Below, one piece after another: positions 1 to 9,787 of a DNA stretch of 64,000 nucleotides. Source of the DNA: Nanobdellota archaeon. GTDB taxonomy: Archaea; Nanobdellota; Nanobdellia; Pacearchaeales; GW2011-AR1. Within the stretch, counting starts at the first letter, position 1. Each line of letters opens with the position of its first letter. The stretch covers positions 21,347-85,346 of the forward strand of contig JBBSYE010000003.1 in assembly GCA_038045385.1 (NCBI GenBank), written 5' to 3'. Below the pieces are notes generated by a model. That model saw only the letters and a program-made list of their open reading frames with translations, was not told where the DNA came from and searched no databases. A program made the translations under genes and the position numbers.

Positions 1-940
1 CCTCGTTTTCAGGCAAGTTGGGTGCATCAATCATCTTTGCAACTCTAGAACCCTGTTTTCCACGACGAAGATAAATTCTATATTTCGCAGCGTGCCCAAC
101 AATATGCCCTCCGACATGAGTCGTCGGATCTCCAAACATCATAGCAGGATTTGACATAACCTGATTAGTAACAAGCACCGCAAGATTATATTGTTCAGCC
201 ATTCTCGTGAGTTGGTGCAAATACTTATTCAGCTTCTGTTGTCTATCTGCAAGTTGTCCTCTCCCAGAGAATTCAGCACGAAAATGGGCAGTCAAAGAAT
301 CAATTATGACAAGCCTTATCGGCTCTCCATTTTTAATCATCTCTCCAATTTTTTCTAAAAGCAAAATCTGATGATCTGAATTGAAAGCCCTCGCAATAAG
401 AATATTTTTTAAAACATTATCTGGATCGGCCCCAATTCCCAAAGCAATCTGTTTTATTCTATCTGGAACGAAAGTCCCTTCAGTATCAATTATCACTGCT
501 TTTCCTTCAGCACCACCTTTATCCTTTGGCATCTGAACATTCACCGCAAGACTTAACGCACATTGAGTCTTTCCACTTCCAAAACCTCCATAAATTTCAG
601 TCATCGCTCTAGACTCAATTCCTCGACCTCCAAGAAGATTATCTAAATTTTTTGATCCTGTAGTTATATAATGAACATCTTTCCTTCTTCTCTCAAATTC
701 AGAACCATCAATAAATCCAAGATTCATCAAAGTTCTTGCCGCTAAAATTGCCTTCCTTGCAACTCCTTCTCCAACGCCAGCAAGATCCGCAAGAGAACTA
801 GGACTCAAAACAGCAAGACTCATCAAATCGTGAACTCCAGCAGATTCAAGCTTAGCCGCAATTCCGGGCCCAATACCTGGCAAATCAGTTAGTTTCGCTT
901 CCTCTTTTACTTCCTCTCCAATGCCGTCGCTTTTCGCCAT
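1..940 (-). CDS. radA: DNA repair/recombination protein RadA; the C-terminus runs off the window edge
   Basis: Not in the ORF track because there is no stop in the window. Reverse translation from the ATG at 938-940 gives MAKSDGIGEEVKEEAKLTDLPGIGPGIAAKLESAGV (HhH), GGFGSGKTQ (Walker A), KAVIIDTEGTF and LVIIDS (Walker B). The frame is open to position 1. Confidence 0.9.
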   Translation of the reverse strand, partial: MAKSDGIGEEVKEEAKLTDLPGIGPGIAAKLESAGVHDLMSLAVLSPSSLADLAGVGEGVARKAILAARTLMNLGFIDGSEFERRRKDVHYITTGSKNLDNLLGGRGIESRAMTEIYGGFGSGKTQCALSLAVNVQMPKDKGGAEGKAVIIDTEGTFVPDRIKQIALGIGADPDNVLKNILIARAFNSDHQILLLEKIGEMIKNGEPIRLVIIDSLTAHFRAEFSGRGQLADRQQKLNKYLHQLTRMAEQYNLAVLVTNQVMSNPAMMFGDPTTHVGGHIVGHAAKYRIYLRRGKQGSRVAKMIDAPNLPENE

Positions 941-986
941 ATCAAATTTCACGCTTCACTCTTTATAAAGATTATAGCAAGACCAA

Positions 987-1436
987 CTATATGAAAAAAG
1001 ACAACAAAAATATAAGATCTATCACTACGAAGGACATAAAGATAGCTTCCTCAACAGCCCCTCCAACGGGCAACTTCCCTTGTGAAGTTTTCTTCAATGG
1101 CCAAAAAGGCCTTATCCCTTCTTTAGTAACGCTATCTAAAAGCAAATGAGTAGCATATCCTAAAAATAAAGGAAGAGCAAACGTAGGAAGATAAAAAACT
1201 AGAAGCAAAGTTAAAGCAAAGCAAAAAGTAAAACTATGCAGCAATCCTCGGTGCTTAGTAAAAATCTGTACCGCTCTACCAACATAATTATTTCCCGCTT
1301 TTGAAAAAGCAGAATATATATCTGGAAGGATAGTCGCAATCAAAACCATCGGTATAAAGAGAAACTTATGAACTACATTAGGCAAAAAGAATAAAGCCAC
1401 GAAAAAACCAATCACTAAGTGCGTCTTAAAAAGCAT
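987..1436 (-). CDS. membrane-bound metal-dependent hydrolase-like protein (YdjM/DUF457 type)
   Basis: Polytopic 149-aa ORF with LPDI, HRGLLHS and HLLLDSVTKEGIRPFWP motifs recalled from the YdjM family. Confidence 0.5.
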   Translation of the reverse strand: MLFKTHLVIGFFVALFFLPNVVHKFLFIPMVLIATILPDIYSAFSKAGNNYVGRAVQIFTKHRGLLHSFTFCFALTLLLVFYLPTFALPLFLGYATHLLLDSVTKEGIRPFWPLKKTSQGKLPVGGAVEEAIFMSFVVIDLIFLLSFFI

Positions 1437-1465
1437 GAAAAAAGAAAGATTGTAAGTATAAAAGA

Positions 1466-2347
1466 TTATACCTTTTGCTCAAGTTCTTTTACTAAAGAAT
1501 CTACATCTATTCCTTCTATTGATTTAACAGAGAACTCCACTTTATTGAAGTAACTATTCATTCTCAAAACTCCCCCAAAAAACCTCTCTTCACCAAGAAA
1601 GTTTCCTTTGATAGAATTATACTTCTCCAAAGAAAATAGTTCTTCCTCACTTATTCCTAATTGCATTATTTGCTCCGGTCCAAGAACTGCCCTAATAGTT
1701 TCAAAGCCGTCATCCAAAACTGCATTCACCAAAGCACGCTTCTCTCCATCCTTCCCATCGAAATATTTTGGATCAAACAACTGAACTATTACCGCTCTAG
1801 CCTTCATACTTGCCCCGGCCTTTGGCTCTTTGAAACTACCCTGAACAAATGTAACATTCTCCTTAACCTCTCCAATACTCTCCTCGCTTTTCTTTACCTC
1901 TGAAAAAGCAGATAGATGTAACTCTCCGTTTCTAACTGCCGCATTTGAAATTTCAACAACATCTCCCTCTTTCAAAGTCCCATTATCAACCAAATCAATA
2001 TGGCTATTATCCCATAAAACAATTCTAACATTTGAACTTTCATCTCCCAAAGAGAAACTCCCTATCTTACCAGAACGCCCATTCTTTTCATAAGATTTCA
2101 CAGGAAAAACCTTAGTTATCTTTCCTAAAACTCTCGCACGTCTCATCCCCTCACTTAACTCTCCCAATTTCATCCTTTGATTATCAAAACTCACCCCAAG
2201 CTCAGCAGCAACAATCTGTGCAGCCCCTTCCTTCGAGATAAGCCCAGATAGCTTAGCCCGTTTAGCCTCAATTTTCCTATCAATCTCCTCAGATGAAACT
2301 CCAGTAGAACTCGCAATCCTCTCAACTAGTTGCTCATACTTATCCAT
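1466..2347 (-). CDS. replication protein A-like ssDNA-binding protein (OB folds)
   Basis: The likely start is the internal ATG at 2345-2347 (MDKYEQLVERIASSTGVSSEEIDRKIEAKRAKLSGLISKEGAAQIVAAELGV). This is the typical N-terminal helical domain of archaeal RPA, followed by OB-like repeats (ARVLGKITKVFP..., VRIVLWDN). The track's 58-codon N-terminal extension is rejected. Confidence 0.6.
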   Translation of the reverse strand: MDKYEQLVERIASSTGVSSEEIDRKIEAKRAKLSGLISKEGAAQIVAAELGVSFDNQRMKLGELSEGMRRARVLGKITKVFPVKSYEKNGRSGKIGSFSLGDESSNVRIVLWDNSHIDLVDNGTLKEGDVVEISNAAVRNGELHLSAFSEVKKSEESIGEVKENVTFVQGSFKEPKAGASMKARAVIVQLFDPKYFDGKDGEKRALVNAVLDDGFETIRAVLGPEQIMQLGISEEELFSLEKYNSIKGNFLGEERFFGGVLRMNSYFNKVEFSVKSIEGIDVDSLVKELEQKV

Positions 2348-2439
2348 TCCAAATTCTACATGTTCAGCTTTAAAAGTATTGTTATGCAGAGAATATAGCA
2401 AGCAACAAGACTTAAAAACCATCATAAACAAAAGAAATA

Positions 2440-2715
2440 ATGGTTGGAATAGCAGCGGTAATTGTAAGATTAATGCCCACAGGTCTAGAAACAGACTTTG
2501 AAAAAGTAAAACATGAAGCAATAAAACGTCTTGAAAAACACAAAGCCCTTAATATCTCATTCACAATAGAACCAATTGCCTTCGGCCTAAAAGCCATGAA
2601 TATCAAGTTTGCATGGCCAGAACAACAAGATACTGATGTTATTGAACATGAGCTAAGCGCAATAGAAGGAATATCCTCTGCAAAGATAGAAGATTATAGA
2701 AGAGCTTTTGGCTAA
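2440..2715 (+). CDS. translation elongation factor aEF-1 beta
   Basis: The 91-aa size and the sequence VIVRLMPTGLETDFEKVK...IAFGLKAMNIKFAWPE...IEGISSAKIEDYRRA match the archaeal EF-1beta pattern. Confidence 0.75.
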   Translation: MVGIAAVIVRLMPTGLETDFEKVKHEAIKRLEKHKALNISFTIEPIAFGLKAMNIKFAWPEQQDTDVIEHELSAIEGISSAKIEDYRRAFG

Positions 2716-3387
2716 ATGACTACACAAAAAACACTATTCATAACTGGAGCAAGCCGAGGAATAGGCAAAGCATTAGCAAAAAAATTCCTTGAAGAAAATT
2801 ATAGCGTTATCGGAACTTCAACATCCGGAACAATTCCTTTTGCTCATAAAAATCTGACTATGCTAAAACTCGACCTTTCTTCTGAAAAAAGTATTGAAAA
2901 ATGTGTTAGTGACTTCTTGAAGTTAAATAAGAAAATTTATATTTTAATCAATAATGCAGGTATCTGGGGCGGTTTTGAAGATGATATAATTCGTATAGAC
3001 GTTCTAAGAAAGGTTTTAGAGGTAAATCTCTTTGGAACAATAAATTTAACAGAAAAATTAATTCCCTCAATGAATAGTTCCGGAAAAATAATTAATATAT
3101 CTTCGAGAGCAGGCTCATTAAGTTACAAGGGAACCCATCATGCTAATCACCCAGACTATAATATTTCCAAAGCAGCCCTAAATATGTACACTATTTCTCT
3201 AGCATCAAAACTAAAAAACAAAAATATTCTTGTTGCATCTATTCATCCCGGATGGGTAAAAACAGATATGGGTGGAAAAGGAGCAGATATAACTCCCGAA
3301 CAAGCTGCCGAAGATATTTACAAAAGAATAATCACGCTAAAAGAAACGGGGCAATTCTGGTTTAAACAAGAAAAATTTCCTTGGTAA
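2716..3387 (+). CDS. short-chain dehydrogenase/reductase (SDR)
   Basis: TGASRGIG cofactor motif, NNAG, and the catalytic YNISKAAL (YxxxK). Confidence 0.85.
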   Translation: MTTQKTLFITGASRGIGKALAKKFLEENYSVIGTSTSGTIPFAHKNLTMLKLDLSSEKSIEKCVSDFLKLNKKIYILINNAGIWGGFEDDIIRIDVLRKVLEVNLFGTINLTEKLIPSMNSSGKIINISSRAGSLSYKGTHHANHPDYNISKAALNMYTISLASKLKNKNILVASIHPGWVKTDMGGKGADITPEQAAEDIYKRIITLKETGQFWFKQEKFPW

Positions 3388-3407
3388 TAGACTAAAGAAA
3401 AGCAAAT

Positions 3408-4250
3408 TCAAAATCCAAGTATCGCGAGAGAAATATATTCAAAATATATTAGCATAAAAAGTAAAAATCCAAACAAAAATCCTGGTGTGAAAGGCACTCC
3501 ATCCTTCACAATAACGCCCTTATTATGCTTTCTCAAAAAAGCAATCTCCTTTTCAGTAAGCCCATGAACACTCTTCTTTATCGTTCGCCCAGAAACAATA
3601 ATATCGCCAACAAGCCAATCTCCCTCAATTAACTCACTTGGCTTTTTATTAACAATCAAATAATGCTTCTCAAAAGCCCGAACATAAACAAATAAAATTC
3701 CAGAAATAATTATTAACACTCCAAAAATCAAGCCAACTATAAATTCAAAATACCCCAGACCCATAAAGAACAATAAGCCCGTAATTGCAAACAGTAAAAG
3801 TATATTCTTTGACTTTTTCATCTCCTTAAGAAAATAGCTTCCAAAATTTCCCGGCTTTCTCGCAATGCGAATAAAAGTAAATACCACACTCCATATCGCT
3901 CCAAGTAAAAAGATGCAAACAATCATCAAGATTCCATAAAATAATAACTCACTATAAGACAGAGCAGGAATAACTGCTCCAAGTCCCATCAATAACTTTA
4001 CATCTCCTCCTGCAAAAACATGCGCATAATAAAAGAGATAACCCAAAGCAGAAAACAAAGCAAATCCCGCTAATCCAAACCAAAAGAATTCTCCCGAACT
4101 AGTAAAAAATGCATAAACTGCCCTATAAGATAAACCAAAGCCAATAAGCGAGAAAGTCAACCAATCAGATATTTCAGTAGTTCTCAAATCCTGATACGTC
4201 GCAATAACTATCAAAGCAAAAGCCAATATAAAAAGAATCATCAACTCCAT
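3408..4250 (-). CDS. A24-family prepilin/preflagellin peptidase (PibD/FlaK/EppA-like)
   Basis: Polytopic protein with the two catalytic Asp motifs YQDLRTTEISDW and FAGGDVKLLMGLG. It sits at the 3' end of the prepilin gene array. Confidence 0.75.
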   Translation of the reverse strand: MELMILFILAFALIVIATYQDLRTTEISDWLTFSLIGFGLSYRAVYAFFTSSGEFFWFGLAGFALFSALGYLFYYAHVFAGGDVKLLMGLGAVIPALSYSELLFYGILMIVCIFLLGAIWSVVFTFIRIARKPGNFGSYFLKEMKKSKNILLLFAITGLLFFMGLGYFEFIVGLIFGVLIIISGILFVYVRAFEKHYLIVNKKPSELIEGDWLVGDIIVSGRTIKKSVHGLTEKEIAFLRKHNKGVIVKDGVPFTPGFLFGFLLFMLIYFEYISLAILGF

Positions 4251-4287
4251 CGTTAAGAAAAGAAAAAAGAGTTATTAAATTATACTT

Positions 4288-4413
4288 TTACTTGGACTTA
4301 GCAGATTGAATGTTAGCCGAACGATATTTACCGCCAACCTTGTATCGACCCGCTCTAGCCTTAGCTTTTCTATCATTTTTATTTTTCCTTCTTTGAGGAT
4401 TTGCGTAGTCCAT
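4288..4413 (-). CDS. small very basic protein (41 aa), unassigned
   Basis: Not in the ORF track. MDYANPQRRKNKNDRKAKARAGRYKVGGKYRSANIQSAKSK fills the gap between the pilin and the peptidase genes. Composition is ribosomal-protein-like, but I cannot assign a family. Confidence 0.3.
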   Translation of the reverse strand: MDYANPQRRKNKNDRKAKARAGRYKVGGKYRSANIQSAKSK

Positions 4414-4417
4414 GTTA

Positions 4418-4810
4418 TCAAGAAGCAGAGCAAGTAGTTATCGTATCGCAACTCAATTGGTATGAAGGAACCGAAGCAATTTTATCGCAAGTAACTCCCT
4501 TAACTGTTCTTCCACTCTGTACAAGCGGAGCCTGAACTAAACCAGAATCCTTCGCTTCATCCTCACTAGTAAAGCTAACGTCTCTTCCCTTCGTACACCA
4601 ATCATAATTACTATTAGTCTGACAAGCTACTTGACATCCTTGAATAACCGTCTGCACGTTAGACTTTCCTCCTCCAAGATTAGCGAAAAAATCTCCAATT
4701 CTGCTGAATCCGCCAGTCGAAGCCACGACTATCAAAACCAATACAATAACAGCAAGCACAATAAGCACAAGAGTAGAAATTGACAACTCTTGGCCCCTTT
4801 TACCATTCAT
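4418..4810 (-). CDS. type IV pilin-like protein (class III signal peptide)
   Basis: MNGKRGQ|ELSISTLVLIVLAVIVLVLIVV: a basic leader, a Gly, then a hydrophobic helix. The C-terminal domain is Cys-rich. Confidence 0.65.
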   Translation of the reverse strand: MNGKRGQELSISTLVLIVLAVIVLVLIVVASTGGFSRIGDFFANLGGGKSNVQTVIQGCQVACQTNSNYDWCTKGRDVSFTSEDEAKDSGLVQAPLVQSGRTVKGVTCDKIASVPSYQLSCDTITTCSAS

Positions 4811-4828
4811 AAAGAATTTACTTGACTA

Positions 4829-5302
4829 TTATTTATAAATGTATTGCACTCTTCCACTAGGCAAAATTTCAGCAGAAAAAGAATATCTTCCAATGAATTT
4901 GCTTCCGTCTTGTAAGACTTCAATCTCAAATTCAGGCAAAGTTAAAACTCTAATTTCTCCATTAATAGAAAGAGAACAATCCCAATTTCTAACATTAACA
5001 AAAAATGTCCCAAATTCCAAGTCATTAGTGCTTCTCTCCTCAATATTTCCCTTAAATTCCTCACAAAATCCAACAAAACCTTTTTCTTCAGTCGCATCAA
5101 CCGCCTCATTTAAGCTCCGCTCAAAAACACTTTTAACATATCTCTCCTTAAACTCCAGTTCAGCCTGTAAATTTAAAGTATCCACAAAATCCTTCCCCAC
5201 TACGCTCTTAAAAGAAGCATGGCTAAATAGTACAGCAATAACTAGAACAACCGCAACAATGAAAGCCATAATGCTCGGAATATGCCCTTTTCTATTCAAC
5301 AT
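4829..5302 (-). CDS. type IV pilin-like protein
   Basis: MLNRKG|HIPSIMAFIVAVVLVIAVLF class III-like N-terminus. It lies in an operon with the other prepilin ORFs. Confidence 0.55.
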   Translation of the reverse strand: MLNRKGHIPSIMAFIVAVVLVIAVLFSHASFKSVVGKDFVDTLNLQAELEFKERYVKSVFERSLNEAVDATEEKGFVGFCEEFKGNIEERSTNDLEFGTFFVNVRNWDCSLSINGEIRVLTLPEFEIEVLQDGSKFIGRYSFSAEILPSGRVQYIYK

Positions 5303-5934
5303 TTCAAATTCCCCTTTACAATTATAACAAAATCCCCATTCCTTTCCGCAAAGCTGCCATCCAGATAAACAAAATCAACATCTTGAGAAACAACAGAATG
5401 CAAGTCTTTAGATTCAGTAGTCAAAGGGAAAAAAGAATCAAAATTCCCCAAGTTAGCATTTATACCATTCAAGTCAGTTGAAGGATAATCCACGAGCAAC
5501 ATAACCGGAACTCCACTTTTATCATCATAAACTATCTCTCCAAGATTTCCAGTGCTCGCTTGATATCTCCCAATTAACAAAGTATTCTTGCCGCCACAAC
5601 CATAAGCAGAAGAAAATTTATCCTGAATGATCTTAAAGTCTTCAAATTGCTCTTTCTTATTATTTGAGGTCATCAAATCAAGCCCAATCAAAAAATCTCT
5701 TATCTTGATATCTTCACCATTAAACTCAACACTATCGGAGAAAAACATTTCCCCCAAGACCCGCGATTCAATCTGACTCTCGCTAACAACATCAACATCA
5801 AGAGAATTAGAAGATTTACACTCTTTAACAATGCAAAAACCTGCACTTATAGCGACGAATAAAAACATTAACAATATAGTCAAAATAAAAACAGGTACAA
5901 AAGTAATAGTCTGTCCTATCTGCCCTCTTCTCAT
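5296..5934 (-). CDS. type IV pilin-like protein
   Basis: MRRGQ|IGQTITFVPVFILTILLMFLFV. It overlaps the downstream ORF by 7 nt. Confidence 0.6.
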   Translation of the reverse strand: MRRGQIGQTITFVPVFILTILLMFLFVAISAGFCIVKECKSSNSLDVDVVSESQIESRVLGEMFFSDSVEFNGEDIKIRDFLIGLDLMTSNNKKEQFEDFKIIQDKFSSAYGCGGKNTLLIGRYQASTGNLGEIVYDDKSGVPVMLLVDYPSTDLNGINANLGNFDSFFPLTTESKDLHSVVSQDVDFVYLDGSFAERNGDFVIIVKGNLKC

Positions 5935-6368
5935 TCTAAAGTCCTCCTCGCATTCTGCTTACTTCCCACAATAATTTTATAACTTCCAAATTCATTTTCG
6001 ATATCTTCATTCAAACAAACCGGCCCATCTTGCCTTTCTTTCAATCCTTCAAGTTCACATTCAACAATAAAATCATAATTCCCAAAATATTTTTCAATCC
6101 CATCATTTCTTTTAATGTAAATTAAATGCTCTCCCCTAAAAGCTCCTTCCAAAAGCCCACATTTCTCAAGTCTAAAATCATCAGCAAAAAAATCATTTTT
6201 TTCAGCACAAGCAAAAACTTTATCAAAAATTATCCTTGCCTCAAGAGCTCTAACATCATATCTATCACCATAAAAAAGCAGAACTCCGCTAACAACCCCA
6301 ACTCCTATTATCACCAAAAGCATCATAAAACTGAAAAACATCACTGGCTCTCTCCCCCTTCTATTCAT
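5931..6368 (-). CDS. type IV pilin-like protein
   Basis: MNRRG|REPVMFFSFMMLLVIIGVGVV. ATGA overlaps occur at both ends. Confidence 0.6.
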   Translation of the reverse strand: MNRRGREPVMFFSFMMLLVIIGVGVVSGVLLFYGDRYDVRALEARIIFDKVFACAEKNDFFADDFRLEKCGLLEGAFRGEHLIYIKRNDGIEKYFGNYDFIVECELEGLKERQDGPVCLNEDIENEFGSYKIIVGSKQNARRTLE

Positions 6369-6769
6369 GTTTTAAAATGCAATTGATTAGTATCAACCCC
6401 TCCAGAAACAAGCAAAACTTCTTTATCCTTAACATCTATATTTGAAAAATAAGAAAACTTTGTCGCCGAGCCAGACTTCAAACTGACGATTACTTCTTTA
6501 TTTATGCTATCAAAACTAAAAATATCATCCTTATTTTTTCCATTTTTCAGTCCAATTCCAACACCTTGAGTAACATCAATATAATATTCCCTTCCTTCGC
6601 TCGAGCCATCAAGCATCAAAGCAATCTGCTTAGCATAATAATCCTCCCAATAACTAACATTATCCTGCTGTGCCGAAACAAAATACCACATTCCCGCAAA
6701 AAATACAAGAGTCACAAGAATATAAGCTAAAGTCCATTCAACCTCTCCAATACCTTTTTTATTCATCAC
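6365..6769 (-). CDS. type IV pilin-like protein
   Basis: MMNKKG|IGEVEWTLAYILVTLVFFAG. ATGA overlap with the next ORF. Confidence 0.6.
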   Translation of the reverse strand: MMNKKGIGEVEWTLAYILVTLVFFAGMWYFVSAQQDNVSYWEDYYAKQIALMLDGSSEGREYYIDVTQGVGIGLKNGKNKDDIFSFDSINKEVIVSLKSGSATKFSYFSNIDVKDKEVLLVSGGVDTNQLHFKT

Positions 6770-6796
6770 TTTAAAAGAGAAAAAGACAATTTAAAA

Positions 6797-7420
6797 CTAC
6801 CTAAAAGGTTCGTCATTTAAGCTAAAATCTTCTCCTTCTGAAACAACCTTACAAACTCTAGGCAAATTAGCCTCTTCAGTTTCCCCAGAAACAACTTCCA
6901 ATTTAATAAAATCTTGAGATTTGATTAACAAAACATCATACAAGTTTTCCTTTAATTGAACGCATGCAATTCTAGGAGAAGGATAAAAAGTATTAGTCTG
7001 GCCCGCAGGATAATTCAACTCAGAATTCGGGTAATAACTCTCAACAAAAACGCCATTATCTTTATATTGATTACAAATTCCTAGATTTTGACAATCCTCT
7101 TTTGAAACCCCATTACAAATACATAAACAATTCCCAAATTCACACTTCTCCGGTCTTCCCCTATCTTCCTCGCTCCAAGCAACAATATACCAATTATCCG
7201 CATCAGAAAAACCCTGTAAAGTTAAGCTAGTTGTTTGACCATTATCAAGTCTTTCTAAAACAGAAACAATTTCATCAAGTGTCTTTTTAGCATTCTTCTC
7301 TGCTTTATTTGTAATAAAATTATTATAAACATAAAATCCCCCAGCAATAAGCAAAAAAACGCATACCACTGCAATTAGAGTACCAAATGTATTCTCAACA
7401 AGCAAATCTCCTCTTCTCAT
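6797..7420 (-). CDS. type IV pilin-like protein with a Cys-cluster domain
   Basis: MRRGD|LLVENTFGTLIAVVCVFLLIAGG. Cys cluster: CEFGNCLCICNGVSKEDCQNLGIC. Confidence 0.6.
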   Translation of the reverse strand: MRRGDLLVENTFGTLIAVVCVFLLIAGGFYVYNNFITNKAEKNAKKTLDEIVSVLERLDNGQTTSLTLQGFSDADNWYIVAWSEEDRGRPEKCEFGNCLCICNGVSKEDCQNLGICNQYKDNGVFVESYYPNSELNYPAGQTNTFYPSPRIACVQLKENLYDVLLIKSQDFIKLEVVSGETEEANLPRVCKVVSEGEDFSLNDEPFR

Positions 7421-8508
7421 AAATCTCCCTCAATAACATTGCAAATTTTATTGACAGATTCAGCAGAATACGGCACAGCACGAACTAAAGAACATCCTTC
7501 TCTATCATCTTCCGCTTCAGCAGAAGAAGAAAACTTTCCGCAATAAAGCGCAGATGCCTGCTGATTTCCATATGCAATATGAGAAGAATAAACCGAAGCC
7601 CCTCCAACAACAAAAGCCTGGGCTATCAGAGCAACTGGAGAATTTAATCCTTTTTTAAGAATTGGTCCAACAAGAGGAATGCTTCCAGCTACACTATGTA
7701 ATCCCACTATAGCAATTGTAGAGTCCCTCGCTCCAGAAGTCAATCCCCCAATAGCATCAAGAGGAGTTTTCTGTTGTGCAAAAACATAAGCAAGTTCGTT
7801 TTTATTCTGCGAGTCATCTCTAAGCTCGGCAAGCTTTTTATCTAACTCTTTATCTTCATTATCATTCAAACTATCTCTTAATTCCTGTTCAGATTCCGCA
7901 AAATCAATTCCCGTAAATGTCTGTGCTCCAGAACTATCTTGAATTACATCCCAATAACTTCTACTCTGCCCAGGCACATTATTCTTAACAAGATATCCAT
8001 TCAAATCAACCAACCCCATAACGTCTTCATTATTAGAAAGCTCTTCAGATATAGCAACTCTTGAACAAATCACGCATCTTGATTTAGCTTCAGTTTCATC
8101 ACTAAAGCTAAGCGGATGAGCGACTCCAAAGATATCCAATCTCCCTCGTCCCATCATATCCCAGCAATCATAAAGTGCATTCGCACTTATCTCTGCTATC
8201 TTATCCGCTCTTGCTTGATGGCTTCCAGAAAGCTTCACGACCTTAACATCATCATCCCAAGCAAGCCCCTTACAACTCTCTTTTCCTCCGCTTTCAGTTA
8301 TACAAATCTTCTCTGTAGAACATTTCAAAGGAAGTCCAGACTGAAAAGAAGTTGAAGCTGTAGCCCTTGTATAAAGAGAAAGTTTGCACGCCTGCTTTTT
8401 TGCAAGTCCTGCATCATTGATAAGATAAACATATCCCAATAATATGAGAAGCCCTGCAAGCGATAAAATTAAACCAACAATAACCATAGAAAAACCTCTT
8501 CTTTTCAT
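7417..8508 (-). CDS. large pilin-like/adhesin-like protein (363 aa) with a class III signal
   Basis: MKRRG|FSMVIVGLILSLAGLLILLGYV, followed by a 330-aa Cys-containing extracellular domain. Confidence 0.55.
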   Translation of the reverse strand: MKRRGFSMVIVGLILSLAGLLILLGYVYLINDAGLAKKQACKLSLYTRATASTSFQSGLPLKCSTEKICITESGGKESCKGLAWDDDVKVVKLSGSHQARADKIAEISANALYDCWDMMGRGRLDIFGVAHPLSFSDETEAKSRCVICSRVAISEELSNNEDVMGLVDLNGYLVKNNVPGQSRSYWDVIQDSSGAQTFTGIDFAESEQELRDSLNDNEDKELDKKLAELRDDSQNKNELAYVFAQQKTPLDAIGGLTSGARDSTIAIVGLHSVAGSIPLVGPILKKGLNSPVALIAQAFVVGGASVYSSHIAYGNQQASALYCGKFSSSAEAEDDREGCSLVRAVPYSAESVNKICNVIEGDL

Positions 8509-8550
8509 ATTCTTATACTGAAACGCAGTTTATAACAATTACGATATTAA

Positions 8551-8661
8551 TTACGTCGTTAATATCTTAATAAGATAAGACGCTGCGGCAATAGCAAGAA
8601 TAAGAAAAATTAACCAATATATCCAGCCTGTAGTAGGCTCTCCGATAGATTCTCCAGCCAT
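8551..8661 (-). CDS. small single-pass membrane protein (36 aa)
   Basis: Not in the ORF track. MAGESIGEPTTGWIYWLIFLILAIAAASYLIKILTT lies between two pilin-like genes on the same strand. Confidence 0.35.
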   Translation of the reverse strand: MAGESIGEPTTGWIYWLIFLILAIAAASYLIKILTT

Positions 8662-8665
8662 CCCT

Positions 8666-9787
8666 TTACGCAACATCACAAACCCCTTCAAAATTTTCAG
8701 AATTAAGTCTAACAATCAAATATGGCTTTCCATCTTTAGGCCTTTCAACGCACGCACTCTCACTCGTTTCCTCGCTCCCTTCCGCATAATGAATTTCAAT
8801 TGGAACTTTGAAAATAGCATCTCTCCATTCTATTATTTTCTGAATAATTAAAAGCTCATTCTTTGTACTTGACTGCTTGAAATCCATAAAATTTTCAGAA
8901 TAACTTCTTATAACTCTCTCATTGTCGCCATCACTAAAACCTACCTGCATATCAAGTTTAGTATCTCCATAATAAACAAATAATTTTCCCTCAAAGTCTC
9001 TAATTGAAAATGCCGTCTTTCTTCCAGCCTCATAAAAATAATTATCTCTTTTATCTAAATAAAGCCCATGTATTTCTAAAGCCCTTAGATAAGTTTGTAC
9101 ATCAAGCAATCTTGAAACAGCCTCTGGGTAAATTACAGCAACATCATTTAGGATATAGCCAGTTTTAATAAATTCATCTTGCGACTCTAAAAAGGAACCG
9201 CTCACAAAGAAATTATTTTCATCATTTAAATAAAACAAATTTCTTTCAAAATCACCAATCTCGCCAACACGAAAAATATTCCCAAACACTAAACCTTCTT
9301 CATCCATAGACTTATCAGGAGAAATCCTATAAAATTCTTCAATAACTGCTCTACCAAGTAAAAAATTATTTTGTTCATTTTTCTGTCCATCTGGAGGAGC
9401 AATAACAAAAGGCACCTCTCTTATCCCCAGTTCTTTAAACTCATCAGAATACTTTCCACTATTAGCAGTAGAAAAATAATAATCTTCAAAATCTTTAACT
9501 AATTGTTCACCATTCAAAACATTCCCATTCGCTCTTAATCCTCCTTCAGAATCAATCGCTTTCCACTCTACTCCAGTATAATATCCAACGCTACCATCAG
9601 CAAGCGAATATCTCACAATAATTTCTTTACTCTCCAAGTCAGAAGGCTCGCCAAACCCTGGAAGAATGGAATCAAATTTGTTTCTAAAATCATTATTCGA
9701 AAAAAACAAAGCTGTTGAAGCAATGACAAGCACAACTAAAACAACTTGCACTAACGGAAATCTTGTATCTGTATCTCCTCTTTTCAT
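8666..9787 (-). CDS. large pilin-like/adhesin-like protein (373 aa) with a class III signal
   Basis: MKRGD|TDTRFPLVQVVLVVLVIASTALF, followed by a 340-aa domain. Confidence 0.55.
   Translation of the reverse strand: MKRGDTDTRFPLVQVVLVVLVIASTALFFSNNDFRNKFDSILPGFGEPSDLESKEIIVRYSLADGSVGYYTGVEWKAIDSEGGLRANGNVLNGEQLVKDFEDYYFSTANSGKYSDEFKELGIREVPFVIAPPDGQKNEQNNFLLGRAVIEEFYRISPDKSMDEEGLVFGNIFRVGEIGDFERNLFYLNDENNFFVSGSFLESQDEFIKTGYILNDVAVIYPEAVSRLLDVQTYLRALEIHGLYLDKRDNYFYEAGRKTAFSIRDFEGKLFVYYGDTKLDMQVGFSDGDNERVIRSYSENFMDFKQSSTKNELLIIQKIIEWRDAIFKVPIEIHYAEGSEETSESACVERPKDGKPYLIVRLNSENFEGVCDVA

Noticed and set aside
2348-2521. N-terminal 58 codons of track ORF 1466..2521 (MLHVLLFQSLFLDLW...).
   Set aside because: It is hydrophobic junk with no RPA similarity and runs across the divergent promoter into the EF-1beta gene start. 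The recognisable RPA N-terminus begins at the internal ATG at 2345-2347.
4839-8355. Plus-strand ORFs 4839..5327, 6126..6386 and 8116..8355, antisense to the pilin genes.
   Set aside because: They are low-complexity S/L/K/N-rich translations typical of the antisense frame of AT-rich genes. The minus-strand ORFs have coherent prepilin leaders and operon coupling.
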